Positions 49,708-60,562 of a stretch of DNA of 64,000 bases are shown piece by piece. Below the pieces are notes generated by a model. The model saw nothing but the letters and a program-made list of their open reading frames with translations. It had not been told where the DNA came from and ran no database searches. The position numbers and the translations under genes are program-made. The DNA is from TPA_inf: Saccharomyces (taxonomy: Eukaryota), in NCBI GenBank assembly GCA_000146045.2, contig BK006936.2, forward strand, positions 192,001-256,000, written 5' to 3'. How positions within the stretch are numbered: the stretch's first letter is position 1; every line of letters begins with the position of its first letter.

Positions 49708-50568
49708 TTAATTCAACTTTTTTTCTTTCAAATCGATGGGGTCCCCATTGGTTTCCTCGTCATAATCACCTTCCTCTAATCTGTACTCTTTGTTTAAAAA
49801 GGATTTGTGAAACGAAAATTTTAATAAAATCCATGCCATCCGTATAGGTCCAAACTCTGGCCATAAACAATCCAGCAATTCGATGCGTACGCCCTTACTC
49901 GATGCCTGCCATATCAAAAAGTCACTTAATCTGGAAACGCCACTTGTCCTAATCAATAAATCTAAAGGGGGTACCCCCGCCGTGTAGAGATGCGATTCTA
50001 ACGTGCTTTCGTCTATAGCGGCGCCCTTCTTATGTTGAACAATTGTTTCTTTCATGGCATGCAAGATTTCTTCCCTGCCTGTATATGGAAAGCAGATATT
50101 TAACGTGGCCCTTTTGTTGTTCTTTGTAGTTTCCACAGCAACCCGAACATCTTCTAATAGAGACTTATCCAACAAAGAGAGATCGCCGATAATTTTAATG
50201 CGTACCCCATACTTACAGGCCAGCTCTCCACGTTCTGTGATTTGTCGTATCCTTTCGCGCGCTAAAGTCATCAGTGATTCAACTTCCCGTGAGCTCCTCT
50301 TGAAATTTTCAATTGAAAAGGCAAACACGGTAGCCGTATCGACTCCTGCTTCATAACACAGTTCTAAGATTCTACTCATACTAACAAATCCTGCCTCGTG
50401 GCCCTCCTTTACGTCCATCTCTTTCTTTCTAGCGAATCTCCTGTTCCCATCCATGATGAACCCAACATGTCTAGGTACACAGTTAGATGCACGCAATGTG
50501 CGCGAAAAGATGTTTTTTGTCCACTTTAACACAAATGAATGACCAGGTATACCACTATCCGTTTCCAT
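49708..50568 (-). CDS. RER2: cis-Prenyltransferase (dehydrodolichyl diphosphate synthase) Rer2 (286 aa)
   Basis: Starts [48 protein letters not shown], the UPP-synthase family signature. 286 aa. Confidence 0.9.
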
Positions 50569-50808
50569 ACCGTCTTTTACCTGTGTTTACCCTATTTTTA
50601 CTGCTTAAGTTCTATTGAAACCTGTCATTATTACGAAAATTTTTTTTTTTTTCATTCTAAGCATTTTGTTGGCATCTTCGGAAAAAGCCCGAGCGAGGGT
50701 AACAGGGTTAGGGGATTAGAAGATTAAAGTAAGACACATTATAATCTATAGAGATTTTCTACAACACAAGAAGTGTGCCATTCAGTCCGAATTGAGTACA
50801 GTGGGACG

Positions 50809-52230
50809 ATGTTTCAAAGGTCTGGCGCTGCTCATCACATCAAATTGATTTCATCTCGAAGATGCCGCTTTAAATCCTCCTTTGCAGTTGCTTTAAACGC
50901 TGCCAGTAAGTTGGTAACTCCCAAGATTCTTTGGAATAATCCCATATCATTAGTCTCGAAGGAGATGAACACATTGGCCAAAAATATAGTTGCCCTCATC
51001 GGGTCTGGCCATCCGGTGCTAAACAAGGTTACTAGTTACTATTTTGAAACAGAAGGCAAAAAAGTACGTCCCTTGTTAGTGTTGTTGTTGTCAAGAGCAC
51101 TTTCTGAAATTCCCATGACAGAAAGAAATCACTTGAAAATTGACAAGTCGGATGTTCCTGAGGACCCAATTTACTCTAAACCTAGTCAAAATCAACTATT
51201 TCAACGTCCTGCAAGTAGCATATCCCCACTACATATTCTTCACGGTATTAAACCACTAAATCCCTTGACAAAAGGTCCTGAGCCTTTGCCAGAAGAAACT
51301 TTTGACAAACAAAGAGGGATTTTACCCAAACAGAGAAGATTAGCAGAGATTGTAGAGATGATACACACTGCGTCTTTACTTCATGATGACGTTATTGATC
51401 ATTCTGATACAAGAAGAGGAAGGCCAAGCGGAAATGCTGCCTTTACCAACAAGATGGCCGTTTTGGCGGGTGATTTTCTCTTAGGGAGAGCAACAGTGTC
51501 AATTTCAAGATTACACAACCCCGAAGTCGTAGAACTAATGTCTAATAGTATTGCGAATCTTGTCGAAGGTGAGTTCATGCAACTGAAAAATACTTCCATT
51601 GACGCGGATATCGATACCATCGAAAATGGCCATAAGCTACTTCCGGTTCCTTCTAAAAAGCTTGAAGTTAAAGAGCACGACTTTCGTGTTCCAAGCCGCC
51701 AACAGGGGCTGCAATTATCTCATGATCAGATTATAGAAACTGCATTTGAATACTACATACACAAGACCTATCTGAAGACTGCTGCTTTGATATCAAAATC
51801 TTGCAGATGTGCTGCTATATTATCTGGGGCATCACCTGCCGTTATCGACGAATGCTATGATTTCGGTAGAAATCTAGGTATATGTTTCCAACTCGTAGAT
51901 GATATGCTTGATTTTACTGTGTCTGGAAAAGATTTAGGGAAGCCATCCGGCGCGGATCTAAAATTAGGTATTGCTACTGCTCCAGTCTTGTTTGCATGGA
52001 AAGAAGACCCATCTTTAGGTCCACTAATTTCACGCAATTTTTCAGAGAGGGGTGATGTTGAAAAAACTATTGATTCTGTGAGACTCCATAATGGTATAGC
52101 GAAGACGAAAATACTAGCGGAGGAATATAGGGACAAGGCATTACAAAATCTACGGGATTCTCTTCCTGAATCTGATGCTCGTTCTGCCCTAGAGTTTTTA
52201 ACTAATAGTATACTAACAAGAAGAAAGTAA
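50809..52230 (+). CDS. COQ1: Mitochondrial hexaprenyl diphosphate synthase Coq1 (473 aa)
   Basis: ATG at 50809; the track start at 50773 is GTG. Two DDxxD polyprenyl synthase motifs (LLHDDVIDHSD and FQLVDDMLDF). N-terminal mitochondrial presequence MFQRSGAAHHIKLISSRRCRFKSS. Confidence 0.9.
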   Translation: MFQRSGAAHHIKLISSRRCRFKSSFAVALNAASKLVTPKILWNNPISLVSKEMNTLAKNIVALIGSGHPVLNKVTSYYFETEGKKVRPLLVLLLSRALSEIPMTERNHLKIDKSDVPEDPIYSKPSQNQLFQRPASSISPLHILHGIKPLNPLTKGPEPLPEETFDKQRGILPKQRRLAEIVEMIHTASLLHDDVIDHSDTRRGRPSGNAAFTNKMAVLAGDFLLGRATVSISRLHNPEVVELMSNSIANLVEGEFMQLKNTSIDADIDTIENGHKLLPVPSKKLEVKEHDFRVPSRQQGLQLSHDQIIETAFEYYIHKTYLKTAALISKSCRCAAILSGASPAVIDECYDFGRNLGICFQLVDDMLDFTVSGKDLGKPSGADLKLGIATAPVLFAWKEDPSLGPLISRNFSERGDVEKTIDSVRLHNGIAKTKILAEEYRDKALQNLRDSLPESDARSALEFLTNSILTRRK

Positions 52231-52365
52231 ACCTTGAAATTTCAAATAAAGGGTGAAGAATAAAGAGAAAATGAAGAAGGTCATAGTGTCGCATTATTCT
52301 ATATTCTATATGTAAATAGTTTTTATATGTTTTTAGTAAAAGAAGAAATATACAAGCATTAAGGA

Positions 52366-53667
52366 TCAGGCTGGTGGTAAAAAAGCTGCAAATAGGATAG
52401 TCTGTAAAGGTATCCAGAATGCCAACCAGTATATGTAAAACTTGACTATCTTATCGTCACCTTTCGGATTTTCCATTTTTTTTGGATCAGAAGTTTTAAC
52501 CAATCTATCAGCCAAATACCAAAGGTGCAAGGGTAAAAAGGAGGCTATACGATTCAGAATTTGGACATGGGCAAAAAAGCATACTATGACGACCAGTGCT
52601 CTGGTGATCCATACGAGAGCCTTCAAGTTATAGGAGGGATAAATTTTGCTGAAATATATGGAGGAATAGATTAAAATAATAATATTTGGGACAGCAAACA
52701 AAAAGTTTGGGATGTTGTTTGGGGTCCAGTATTTCAATAACCCAACTCCCCAATAATGACTCTGAATGTAGGAATATAAAGAAGTTTTCGTGATAAAAAT
52801 GCTTGAAAACAATTGAGATTTACACCATTCACCCCTTTGAGGACAAAATGTCTTATATGGTAGGTAATATTGTTGATATAGTAGAGCAGAAAACATTAAT
52901 GATCCTGATAATAGTGGGAAACATATTGCTTTTACAAACTTCCTGTTCTTTGTTAGTTCAATAAGGTCAAAAATAAAGTAAATCCCTAACAAAACACAGT
53001 TTGAACGATTCAAGGATGCTAAGGTAAAGCAAGCCATGCTGATAAAGGAGTAAGGAAACCAATATCTCCACGAAATATCGAATTGACCCAATACGGGCAC
53101 GGAAATGGAGCATTCACGACTCCAAATACCAACAAATGCAAAAAAAAAAGATAATGGTTCAGAATATATGCTTGTTAAAAATCCAGCGGCACTCGTTAAG
53201 AAAAACAACAGAGATGTTTTTTTAGCGATAGTTCTAGCAAACTGTGATTGCCTTATATTTTGGCTGAAAATTTTTTTTGTTAGAAAATATAAAACAATAC
53301 CTGACAAGTAAAATAAAACATTTTCTATTGCAACTCCAACCCTTAAGGCATGGTAGATGCTATCGTTATTACTTTTAATAAACAGCCTAACGAAAAAAGT
53401 CCACAACTGAGAAAACGCGTATTCATGCTCAAATTGAGGTTTTCCGTTTTTGGAAGTTATGTTCTTGATAAAAAAAACACTGTCCCATGATAGTAGCTTA
53501 TTCCAAAAATACTTGTTCCAATAACTGTTGATTTCAGAGGGAGAAGAACATAATTCGTTTAATAAAAGTGATGTTGATGTATCAAACTGCCTAATTGGAG
53601 TCAAAAAAACCAGTAAATACTGTATTGAACGGAATAATACAAAATAAAGTGTCAACCCCACAATCAT
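52366..53667 (-). CDS. GPI18: GPI mannosyltransferase II (PIG-V homologue) Gpi18 (433 aa), polytopic membrane protein
   Basis: 433-aa highly hydrophobic multi-TM ORF starting MIVGLTLYFVLFRSIQYLLVFLTPIRQFDTS. Position YBR004C. Confidence 0.8.
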   Translation of the reverse strand: MIVGLTLYFVLFRSIQYLLVFLTPIRQFDTSTSLLLNELCSSPSEINSYWNKYFWNKLLSWDSVFFIKNITSKNGKPQFEHEYAFSQLWTFFVRLFIKSNNDSIYHALRVGVAIENVLFYLSGIVLYFLTKKIFSQNIRQSQFARTIAKKTSLLFFLTSAAGFLTSIYSEPLSFFFAFVGIWSRECSISVPVLGQFDISWRYWFPYSFISMACFTLASLNRSNCVLLGIYFIFDLIELTKNRKFVKAICFPLLSGSLMFSALLYQQYYLPYKTFCPQRGEWCKSQLFSSIFITKTSLYSYIQSHYWGVGLLKYWTPNNIPNFLFAVPNIIILIYSSIYFSKIYPSYNLKALVWITRALVVIVCFFAHVQILNRIASFLPLHLWYLADRLVKTSDPKKMENPKGDDKIVKFYIYWLAFWIPLQTILFAAFLPPA

Positions 53668-53905
53668 ATTTTAATTTAGTCTTATTCCGCCTCCTCTCTC
53701 GAAGCCTCTCTTTTATGTCTTTTTTCGATGATGAGGCTTACTTTTTTTTTCAACTAAGCCTTGAAAAAAAAAGTTTGATTTAAAAGGGATTTTCTATTTT
53801 AAGTATTTAAATGACCGACAGGAAGCTCATGCAGAAAAGGCACCTGTAATAGCTTATTGATCATTCCAATAAATAGGAAAGTATAACTCGAATTAAGAAT
53901 AAGGA

Positions 53906-54547
53906 ATGGGACTTATTTCATACGAAAATGAGGCGATAAACGAGGTGAAAAAGGCAGATAACCATCACGTTAGCAAATTTGTGACTAGTTACTATGGGCC
54001 ATCATCGTCGTCATGGCAGTCAGGAATATGGATTTTGTTTGTGCTGTTTGTTGCCGCAGTAATCCTTATAATACTGTTCACTTTTGTAGCGAACAGAAGG
54101 AGACGAAGGATGGGGCGTGCTCCCATTAGAGGTACGGCATGGTTGACACCGCCTTCATACAGACAGTCTCAGCAACAATATACTGGGACCGTTCAGCAAC
54201 GGACAGATGATTATGTTCCTGAGTATACAGAAACAGCGAACGAACATGATCTTGGATACTATGACCAGCGGGGCGAGTTTCACCCCAACGATAAGGCTGC
54301 ATACGTGGCCCCCCCGCCATTGGTACAAGAATGTTCATCAGAATCTGTTAATTCTTTAGAAAGACCTCCCGCTGCTGTAGTTCACCAAGCTAACTCTTTA
54401 GATACGGATTACGGTTTAACAAGGCCTAGCAATGGGCGCGTTCCAGCTGTAAGTGATACGGTGGAGCAATTGGAAAGGCTTCCGGGCGGGACTACAACGC
54501 AGGAAATTAACCCACCGGAGAGGGCAAAGGTAAATGCAAGGTCATGA
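53906..54547 (+). CDS. RCR1: Single-pass membrane protein Rcr1 (213 aa) with PPxY-type motif
   Basis: Starts MGLISYENEAINEVKK...WILFVLFVAAVILIILFTFVANRRRRRM, with one TM helix followed by an R-stretch. A PPSY motif lies at LTPPSYRQ, and PPPL follows. Position YBR005W. Confidence 0.8.
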   Translation: MGLISYENEAINEVKKADNHHVSKFVTSYYGPSSSSWQSGIWILFVLFVAAVILIILFTFVANRRRRRMGRAPIRGTAWLTPPSYRQSQQQYTGTVQQRTDDYVPEYTETANEHDLGYYDQRGEFHPNDKAAYVAPPPLVQECSSESVNSLERPPAAVVHQANSLDTDYGLTRPSNGRVPAVSDTVEQLERLPGGTTTQEINPPERAKVNARS

Positions 54548-55009
54548 ACTGAATCTTTTTTTCCGGCTGTCCTCTTACAGTTGAGTTACAATATTTTGCC
54601 AGAAATATTTACATTTTTTTACCCAATCTCTATAATAATTATTTTAATTCCTAATCCGCTTCAGGCCCGCGGTCGTTGAAGTGCTATAGTTTATATTCAG
54701 TACATTGTCTTTAATCTCTCAGTATTATTTTATCAATAGTAAATACTTCAAGTCCATCGCACGGCGTGGTGGTGATAAAGGGAAAATGCGCGCGGGATTA
54801 GCAAAGGCGGCCAATGGATTAAGGGTGACAAGATAGCACCACATCACATCACATCACCATCAGTAATGGAGAGGAAATAGGGTATAAATACTCGTCAGAG
54901 ATCAATAGATATTATTTCGCAACGTCCTTTATTGTTCTGTTCTTATTTGATCAATTAAGCTAGAAAACCAGCTACATTAAAAGCAAATTTTACAAACTAC
55001 TATTTCAAC

Positions 55010-56503
55010 ATGACTTTGAGTAAGTATTCTAAACCAACTCTAAACGACCCTAATTTATTCAGAGAATCTGGTTATATTGACGGAAAATGGGTTAAGGGCA
55101 CTGACGAAGTTTTTGAGGTGGTAGACCCTGCTTCCGGCGAAATCATAGCAAGAGTTCCCGAACAACCAGTCTCCGTGGTTGAGGAAGCGATTGATGTTGC
55201 CTATGAAACTTTCAAGACGTACAAGAATACAACACCAAGAGAGAGGGCAAAGTGGCTCAGAAACATGTATAACTTAATGCTTGAAAATTTGGATGATCTG
55301 GCAACCATCATTACTTTAGAAAATGGTAAAGCTCTAGGGGAAGCTAAAGGAGAAATCAAATACGCGGCTTCGTATTTTGAGTGGTACGCCGAGGAAGCAC
55401 CCCGTTTATATGGTGCTACTATTCAACCCTTGAACCCTCACAACAGAGTATTCACAATTAGGCAACCTGTTGGTGTATGCGGTATAATTTGTCCATGGAA
55501 TTTTCCGAGCGCCATGATCACGAGAAAGGCCGCCGCTGCTTTAGCTGTGGGCTGCACAGTAGTCATCAAGCCAGACTCTCAAACGCCGCTATCTGCTTTA
55601 GCAATGGCATATTTGGCTGAAAAGGCAGGCTTTCCCAAGGGTTCGTTTAATGTTATTCTTTCACATGCCAACACACCAAAGCTTGGTAAAACATTATGTG
55701 AATCACCAAAAGTCAAGAAAGTTACTTTTACTGGTTCTACAAACGTCGGTAAAATCTTGATGAAACAATCTTCTTCTACTTTGAAGAAACTGTCTTTTGA
55801 GCTGGGTGGTAACGCCCCTTTCATAGTCTTTGAGGATGCCGATTTGGATCAAGCCTTGGAACAAGCCATGGCTTGTAAATTTAGGGGTTTGGGTCAAACA
55901 TGTGTGTGCGCAAATAGACTTTACGTTCACTCATCCATAATTGATAAATTTGCGAAATTACTCGCGGAGAGGGTCAAAAAATTCGTAATTGGCCATGGTT
56001 TGGACCCAAAAACTACACATGGTTGTGTCATTAACTCCAGCGCTATTGAAAAAGTTGAAAGACATAAACAGGATGCCATTGATAAGGGAGCAAAAGTTGT
56101 GCTTGAAGGTGGACGTTTAACTGAGTTAGGTCCTAACTTTTATGCTCCAGTAATTTTGTCACACGTTCCCTCAACAGCTATTGTTTCCAAGGAGGAGACT
56201 TTTGGTCCATTATGTCCAATCTTTTCTTTTGATACTATGGAAGAAGTTGTCGGATATGCTAATGATACTGAGTTTGGTTTAGCAGCATATGTCTTTTCTA
56301 AAAATGTCAACACTTTATACACTGTGTCTGAAGCTTTGGAAACTGGTATGGTTTCATGTAATACAGGTGTTTTTTCGGATTGTTCTATACCATTTGGTGG
56401 TGTTAAAGAGTCAGGATTTGGAAGAGAAGGTTCGCTATATGGTATTGAAGATTACACTGTTTTGAAGACCATCACAATTGGGAATTTGCCAAACAGCATT
56501 TAA
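55010..56503 (+). CDS. UGA2: Succinate-semialdehyde dehydrogenase [NAD(P)+] Uga2 (497 aa)
   Basis: Aldehyde dehydrogenase family, with FELGGNAP (Glu active site) and GQTCVCANR (catalytic Cys) motifs. 497 aa. Confidence 0.92.
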   Translation: MTLSKYSKPTLNDPNLFRESGYIDGKWVKGTDEVFEVVDPASGEIIARVPEQPVSVVEEAIDVAYETFKTYKNTTPRERAKWLRNMYNLMLENLDDLATIITLENGKALGEAKGEIKYAASYFEWYAEEAPRLYGATIQPLNPHNRVFTIRQPVGVCGIICPWNFPSAMITRKAAAALAVGCTVVIKPDSQTPLSALAMAYLAEKAGFPKGSFNVILSHANTPKLGKTLCESPKVKKVTFTGSTNVGKILMKQSSSTLKKLSFELGGNAPFIVFEDADLDQALEQAMACKFRGLGQTCVCANRLYVHSSIIDKFAKLLAERVKKFVIGHGLDPKTTHGCVINSSAIEKVERHKQDAIDKGAKVVLEGGRLTELGPNFYAPVILSHVPSTAIVSKEETFGPLCPIFSFDTMEEVVGYANDTEFGLAAYVFSKNVNTLYTVSEALETGMVSCNTGVFSDCSIPFGGVKESGFGREGSLYGIEDYTVLKTITIGNLPNSI

Positions 56504-56699
56504 AGCAATAGTAATCGTGGACGATACTTAGAATTGAATATGATTCTTTGTAATGATTGTATATATCTATTGCATGTATAAATACTCTACTCCTCGTATA
56601 TAGAAAGTTAAGTAAATTTTTTGAAAGAAAAGAGTTCATATATTTACGGAGTTTTGAAGTTTTTCACAAGCGGAATAAGTGATACCATTCATAAAATAT

Positions 56700-56721
56700 C
56701 ATATCTATCTATCTATCTATT
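56700..56721. repeat. (TCTA)5 tetranucleotide microsatellite in the UGA2/DSF2 3' intergenic region
   Basis: atatctatctatctatctat, read directly. Confidence 0.85.
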
Positions 56722-56805
56722 TTTGTGAGATATATGGTACGAAAATAAATGCCTTTCCTTTTAAGCCTTTCTGTAAGCTTTTATGTATACAACGTTTCTT
56801 TATCT

Positions 56806-59016
56806 TTATTTCGGACCTTGTTTCATGTACTTTTCCTTATAAATCCAATCTGAACCTAATAGATTTGCACCTTTTTTATCGGCTATCCTAAACCATGCAG
56901 CAGCTCTGGCGAGATCCCTTTTCTTTACGTTTGAAGTTTTGGACCAAATTGTCCCGCTTAAGCACATTGAGTCTACATGGCCTAATAGAGCAGCTTTTTC
57001 CAAAAATTTCAAACCTTTTCGCTCGTCGGGATGATCCATCCCAAGACCCTTTAAATATGCCATACCACATTCGTACAAGGCAGGTGCTGTTGGTTCAGGC
57101 GCTATATCAGGGATATCGTCCATTGAAGCAAAATTTAACGGATTTATATCTAAATCAAGAACCTCAGCAGCAAAGGATTTGATATCAGTGGCAGCCATTA
57201 AATATCCTAATGATAATTTCAAGTTCTTGTCCACTCCGCAGCCATGTCGCAGGGCTAGTCCATATAACAGAAACGCAGTTTTGTTTCCGCACGCGCAGGC
57301 TTTTTTCAGTCGTTGTGCAGATTCTTCAAGTTTGCCTTGATGACGCATAGTAATTGCCTGTCCGATGTGTGAAGATTCATCATTATCATAAGGTTCTGGG
57401 TGAAATTTAAGCTTCCCGCACTTGCTTGTTGCGTTCGATCCTTCTTTTTTATGACTGAAGGAATCCATGCATTGCGTCGAATTATTGGGCAACATACCAT
57501 CTAAAGAAAGTGTTCTTCTTCTAACTTTCGGGTGGTAGGGCTTATTTGATTGTTCTGTTAGTGCACTTAGTTCACCTATTTTTGAATCTTTTTCCGTTGT
57601 ATGGAAATCCGAGAAAGTTCTCAAATGAGTCCTATTTGGACGTGCTTTACTGTTCTTTTTTTTATCCGTGGATGACTGAGGTGTTGATGCTGTTTTAAAA
57701 TGGAAAACTGGGTTTGGAGGAAAAATATACCTAGCTAAATGTGGACTGGAATTATTAATGGTACTTGAAGTAGATGGAAGTTGAATATTCTCCCCAGAGA
57801 AGTCCAATGAATTGGTGGCAGACCGGATAGGGCTTGATCCTTCAGACTCAAGGTCTTTCTTATTTTTTGCTCTTGTCCTAGGAGATTTAAAAAGTTTTTT
57901 TAGCGAATTTAGTGACGTTTTTTTTTTATGAGCTTTATATGGTGGCGTTGGAGGTAATGAAATATCATTTGTCATGGTATTTGTTTTCGTTATCGTCGAG
58001 GTAGAGGAATTAGACCGTTTAGGAGATGGTTTGATGGGTGTTGTATCACTCTTAGTTAACTTGAGTTTGGAGAATGAGGATGATTCACTTTCAAAAGAAG
58101 ACTGAGTTTTCGGCTTTGATAGTTGTCCAACTTCAGAAAAGGAGGTGTTGGTGCTTGTTGAACTTCCGTTCCGATAAAGACAATTACTCTTTTGCGTGGT
58201 TGTGAACTCATTGGGGCAACTCTGCTTCTCGGATATTCTGTCAGTTTTTGTAGATGTATTAATATTATTACTAGTAGTTCTGTTATTCTTACTATTAGCA
58301 TTATTGTCAACGCTAGTATTATTGTCTGATATCAGCGTAGGATAAAGATGGTGCAGTCTAGTATTTTCAATCCTATATTTCTCGAAGTTGAAAGGATTAG
58401 GGCTATTTGTGCTTCTATTGCCATTTTCAAGGTTTGGGTACTTATAATCTTTCTCATTTCTATTCATTTGGGGTTTCATGCCACTAAAAGTCTCAGAGTC
58501 ATAATCTTCTTCGACGATATAAGAGTATCTCGACTTCACGGGCAAATGCCTTTCCACTTTACCGGAAGAGTATTTGCCTCTCAAAGTGGAATCCTTTTCT
58601 TTTAAATTGTCTATGATAAGAGAACGATCTCTAGCTTGTATATATGTTGGAGAGGGATTAGTTCTATACCTTAATGAAGGGAATTCCGACGCAGGCATAC
58701 ATAATGTTGGACCACTTGTTTGTGACAGTTGCGAATTTCTCGACGCGTTTTCTTCTTCTAATAAAGCTTCTTGCAGAATCAGTTCATCTTCCAAGCTGAG
58801 GTCTAATTTGTCAAGAAGTCTTTCCGTGGTTTGAATAGATTCGAATGAAATGCTACTTTTATTTGAATGAGCATAGCTAAATTGTGAATCCATTGATGAC
58901 TCGAAGCTATTATTGGGTGGTGGGCTTTGTGAAACCTCTGAAGAGTTAGCTTTTCTTTCTTGATCGTCGCTTCCTATTCGATCAGCCCAAGAAGTGTTTT
59001 TTAAATTTTGATTCAT
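56806..59016 (-). CDS. DSF2: Ser/Asn-rich protein with C-terminal Sel1-like repeats, Dsf2 (736 aa)
   Basis: 736-aa ORF starting MNQNLKNTSWADRIGSDDQERKANSSEVSQSPPPNNSF. Long low-complexity S/T/N-rich body. C-terminal repeats (GHVDSMCLSG...AAWFRIADKKG). Position YBR007C. Confidence 0.75.
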   Translation of the reverse strand: MNQNLKNTSWADRIGSDDQERKANSSEVSQSPPPNNSFESSMDSQFSYAHSNKSSISFESIQTTERLLDKLDLSLEDELILQEALLEEENASRNSQLSQTSGPTLCMPASEFPSLRYRTNPSPTYIQARDRSLIIDNLKEKDSTLRGKYSSGKVERHLPVKSRYSYIVEEDYDSETFSGMKPQMNRNEKDYKYPNLENGNRSTNSPNPFNFEKYRIENTRLHHLYPTLISDNNTSVDNNANSKNNRTTSNNINTSTKTDRISEKQSCPNEFTTTQKSNCLYRNGSSTSTNTSFSEVGQLSKPKTQSSFESESSSFSKLKLTKSDTTPIKPSPKRSNSSTSTITKTNTMTNDISLPPTPPYKAHKKKTSLNSLKKLFKSPRTRAKNKKDLESEGSSPIRSATNSLDFSGENIQLPSTSSTINNSSPHLARYIFPPNPVFHFKTASTPQSSTDKKKNSKARPNRTHLRTFSDFHTTEKDSKIGELSALTEQSNKPYHPKVRRRTLSLDGMLPNNSTQCMDSFSHKKEGSNATSKCGKLKFHPEPYDNDESSHIGQAITMRHQGKLEESAQRLKKACACGNKTAFLLYGLALRHGCGVDKNLKLSLGYLMAATDIKSFAAEVLDLDINPLNFASMDDIPDIAPEPTAPALYECGMAYLKGLGMDHPDERKGLKFLEKAALLGHVDSMCLSGTIWSKTSNVKKRDLARAAAWFRIADKKGANLLGSDWIYKEKYMKQGPK

Positions 59017-59593
59017 TACTTTTCGTGTGACGTAAAAGTCCGTTTGTTTTTCTAGATTTTCTGTTTTTTCTCGAGGCTCCTACAAGTTCCACCTATATTT
59101 AGCATTGAGGAACAGAATGTGCTATCGCAAAGAGCAATGGCAACAGAAAAAAAGAGTTGCTAAAGAAGAACTATTTTTGAATGTCCGTGGTAATACAATG
59201 GAAGACTACTAGAACACGATGGCAGATAAGGTGATTTGATAATCAAATTCAACGACGGTTGCACCGTTGTTCTTTCTGCCGCTCTTCGTCCGGAGCCTTC
59301 TGTGATAATTGTTTTAACGCGCAGAAACACACGCAGGCTGCGTAAAGGAATGGTGGGGCTCGAAGAAGTGACAGTGGGTGTCCACGGAATGTTCTGAGCG
59401 CAGGGATCCGGTGTTGCCATCGCACACGATATGAGACGCGTTCATTTTTTCCAGCAGTCACCTAAAAGTTCAAGAAACGCTATGTTGTAATGCAGCTGTA
59501 TTGTACACTGGCTGGTATTGCCGTTCTGATCTATGACTTACTTGTTAGAGGTAATAGCTGTCTTAGATCGGCTTGCTTCTTCTGACTTCCTTC

Positions 59594-59609
59594 TTTTTTT
59601 TTTTTTTTT
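59594..59609. promoter_or_regulatory. Poly(dT)16 tract in the DSF2 upstream region, a nucleosome-excluding promoter element
   Basis: cttc + T16 + cgaag, read directly, ~580 bp upstream of the DSF2 ATG. Confidence 0.5.
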
Positions 59610-60562
59610 CGAAGTGAGGCATGCTGCAGTTTTGTGCAGCTTCTCTTGCATCACTTCCTGTATTATTTACGTTGTTTACATTATCAGGTATTTTGTATTA
59701 TTTTTTGCGCAACAGCAAGCAAACGCAATAGCGATAAATGCCATAATATAATCAAAATTTAGCAAGGATACATAGCAGCAAACCCGAACCTTTAGGCCTC
59801 TCATAGATGAAGAAAATTTGTACAATTCTTTTGGTTCTTTGGCTCTTCAAATATGAATTTATTAAGAGGAAATCCTGAAGCATCAGAACATCGCAAACTT
59901 TTTATTCGCAAGAGGATTTATCCTCTGATTAGTTATATATGAATATGTGTTCCTTCTGCATGATTTTGATATCAATAGTATGCATTTTTTTTCGATTCGT
60001 CGTAGAAACATAGCTACTCTCATGACCAAATGACTCTTTTTGGCTTTGACAGTGGAACAGCCAAGTTTTTATGTAGAAATATATTATCTGTTAACTGGAA
60101 ATGATGTCTTAGGCCCATAAAATGTGCTAGAACGTATGGCTAATCCTTTTGCTCTGTATTCAATTGAGTATTTTGCTTAATTTCTATTTGATAATTGAAC
60201 TTCTTACGTGTATAAATGGTTGCATATTTCTTTAGTAAGTACTATTTTCAAATATGAGTGAAGGATATTGTGGCTCAAGTAATTCCTCTTTCTTTTTTCA
60301 TCCGTATGGTAAGCAAAGGGTCACAAAGTAACCGATAGTGTGTAGACCTTAGATCTTCCTTCAAAGATTTCAAGTCTGCGATAAATAAACATGAGAATAC
60401 TTGCAACAACAACTTTTATAAACAATGAAGTTCATTATGAACAGTATTTATTTCACTGCTAAACTTTACGTAAACTTATGTGGAACATCTTTGTCGACAG
60501 ATGGACGATAAGTAAAATTGTGTTATTATAATTCAAATTTTCATGGTAAGAACATCGGCTTT

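Noticed and set aside
59160-59751. Three overlapping 70-86-aa ORFs between DSF2 and FLR1
   Set aside because: Mutually overlapping on both strands with no codon-usage or domain signal. Kept only as a pointer to a possibly transcribed non-coding interval.
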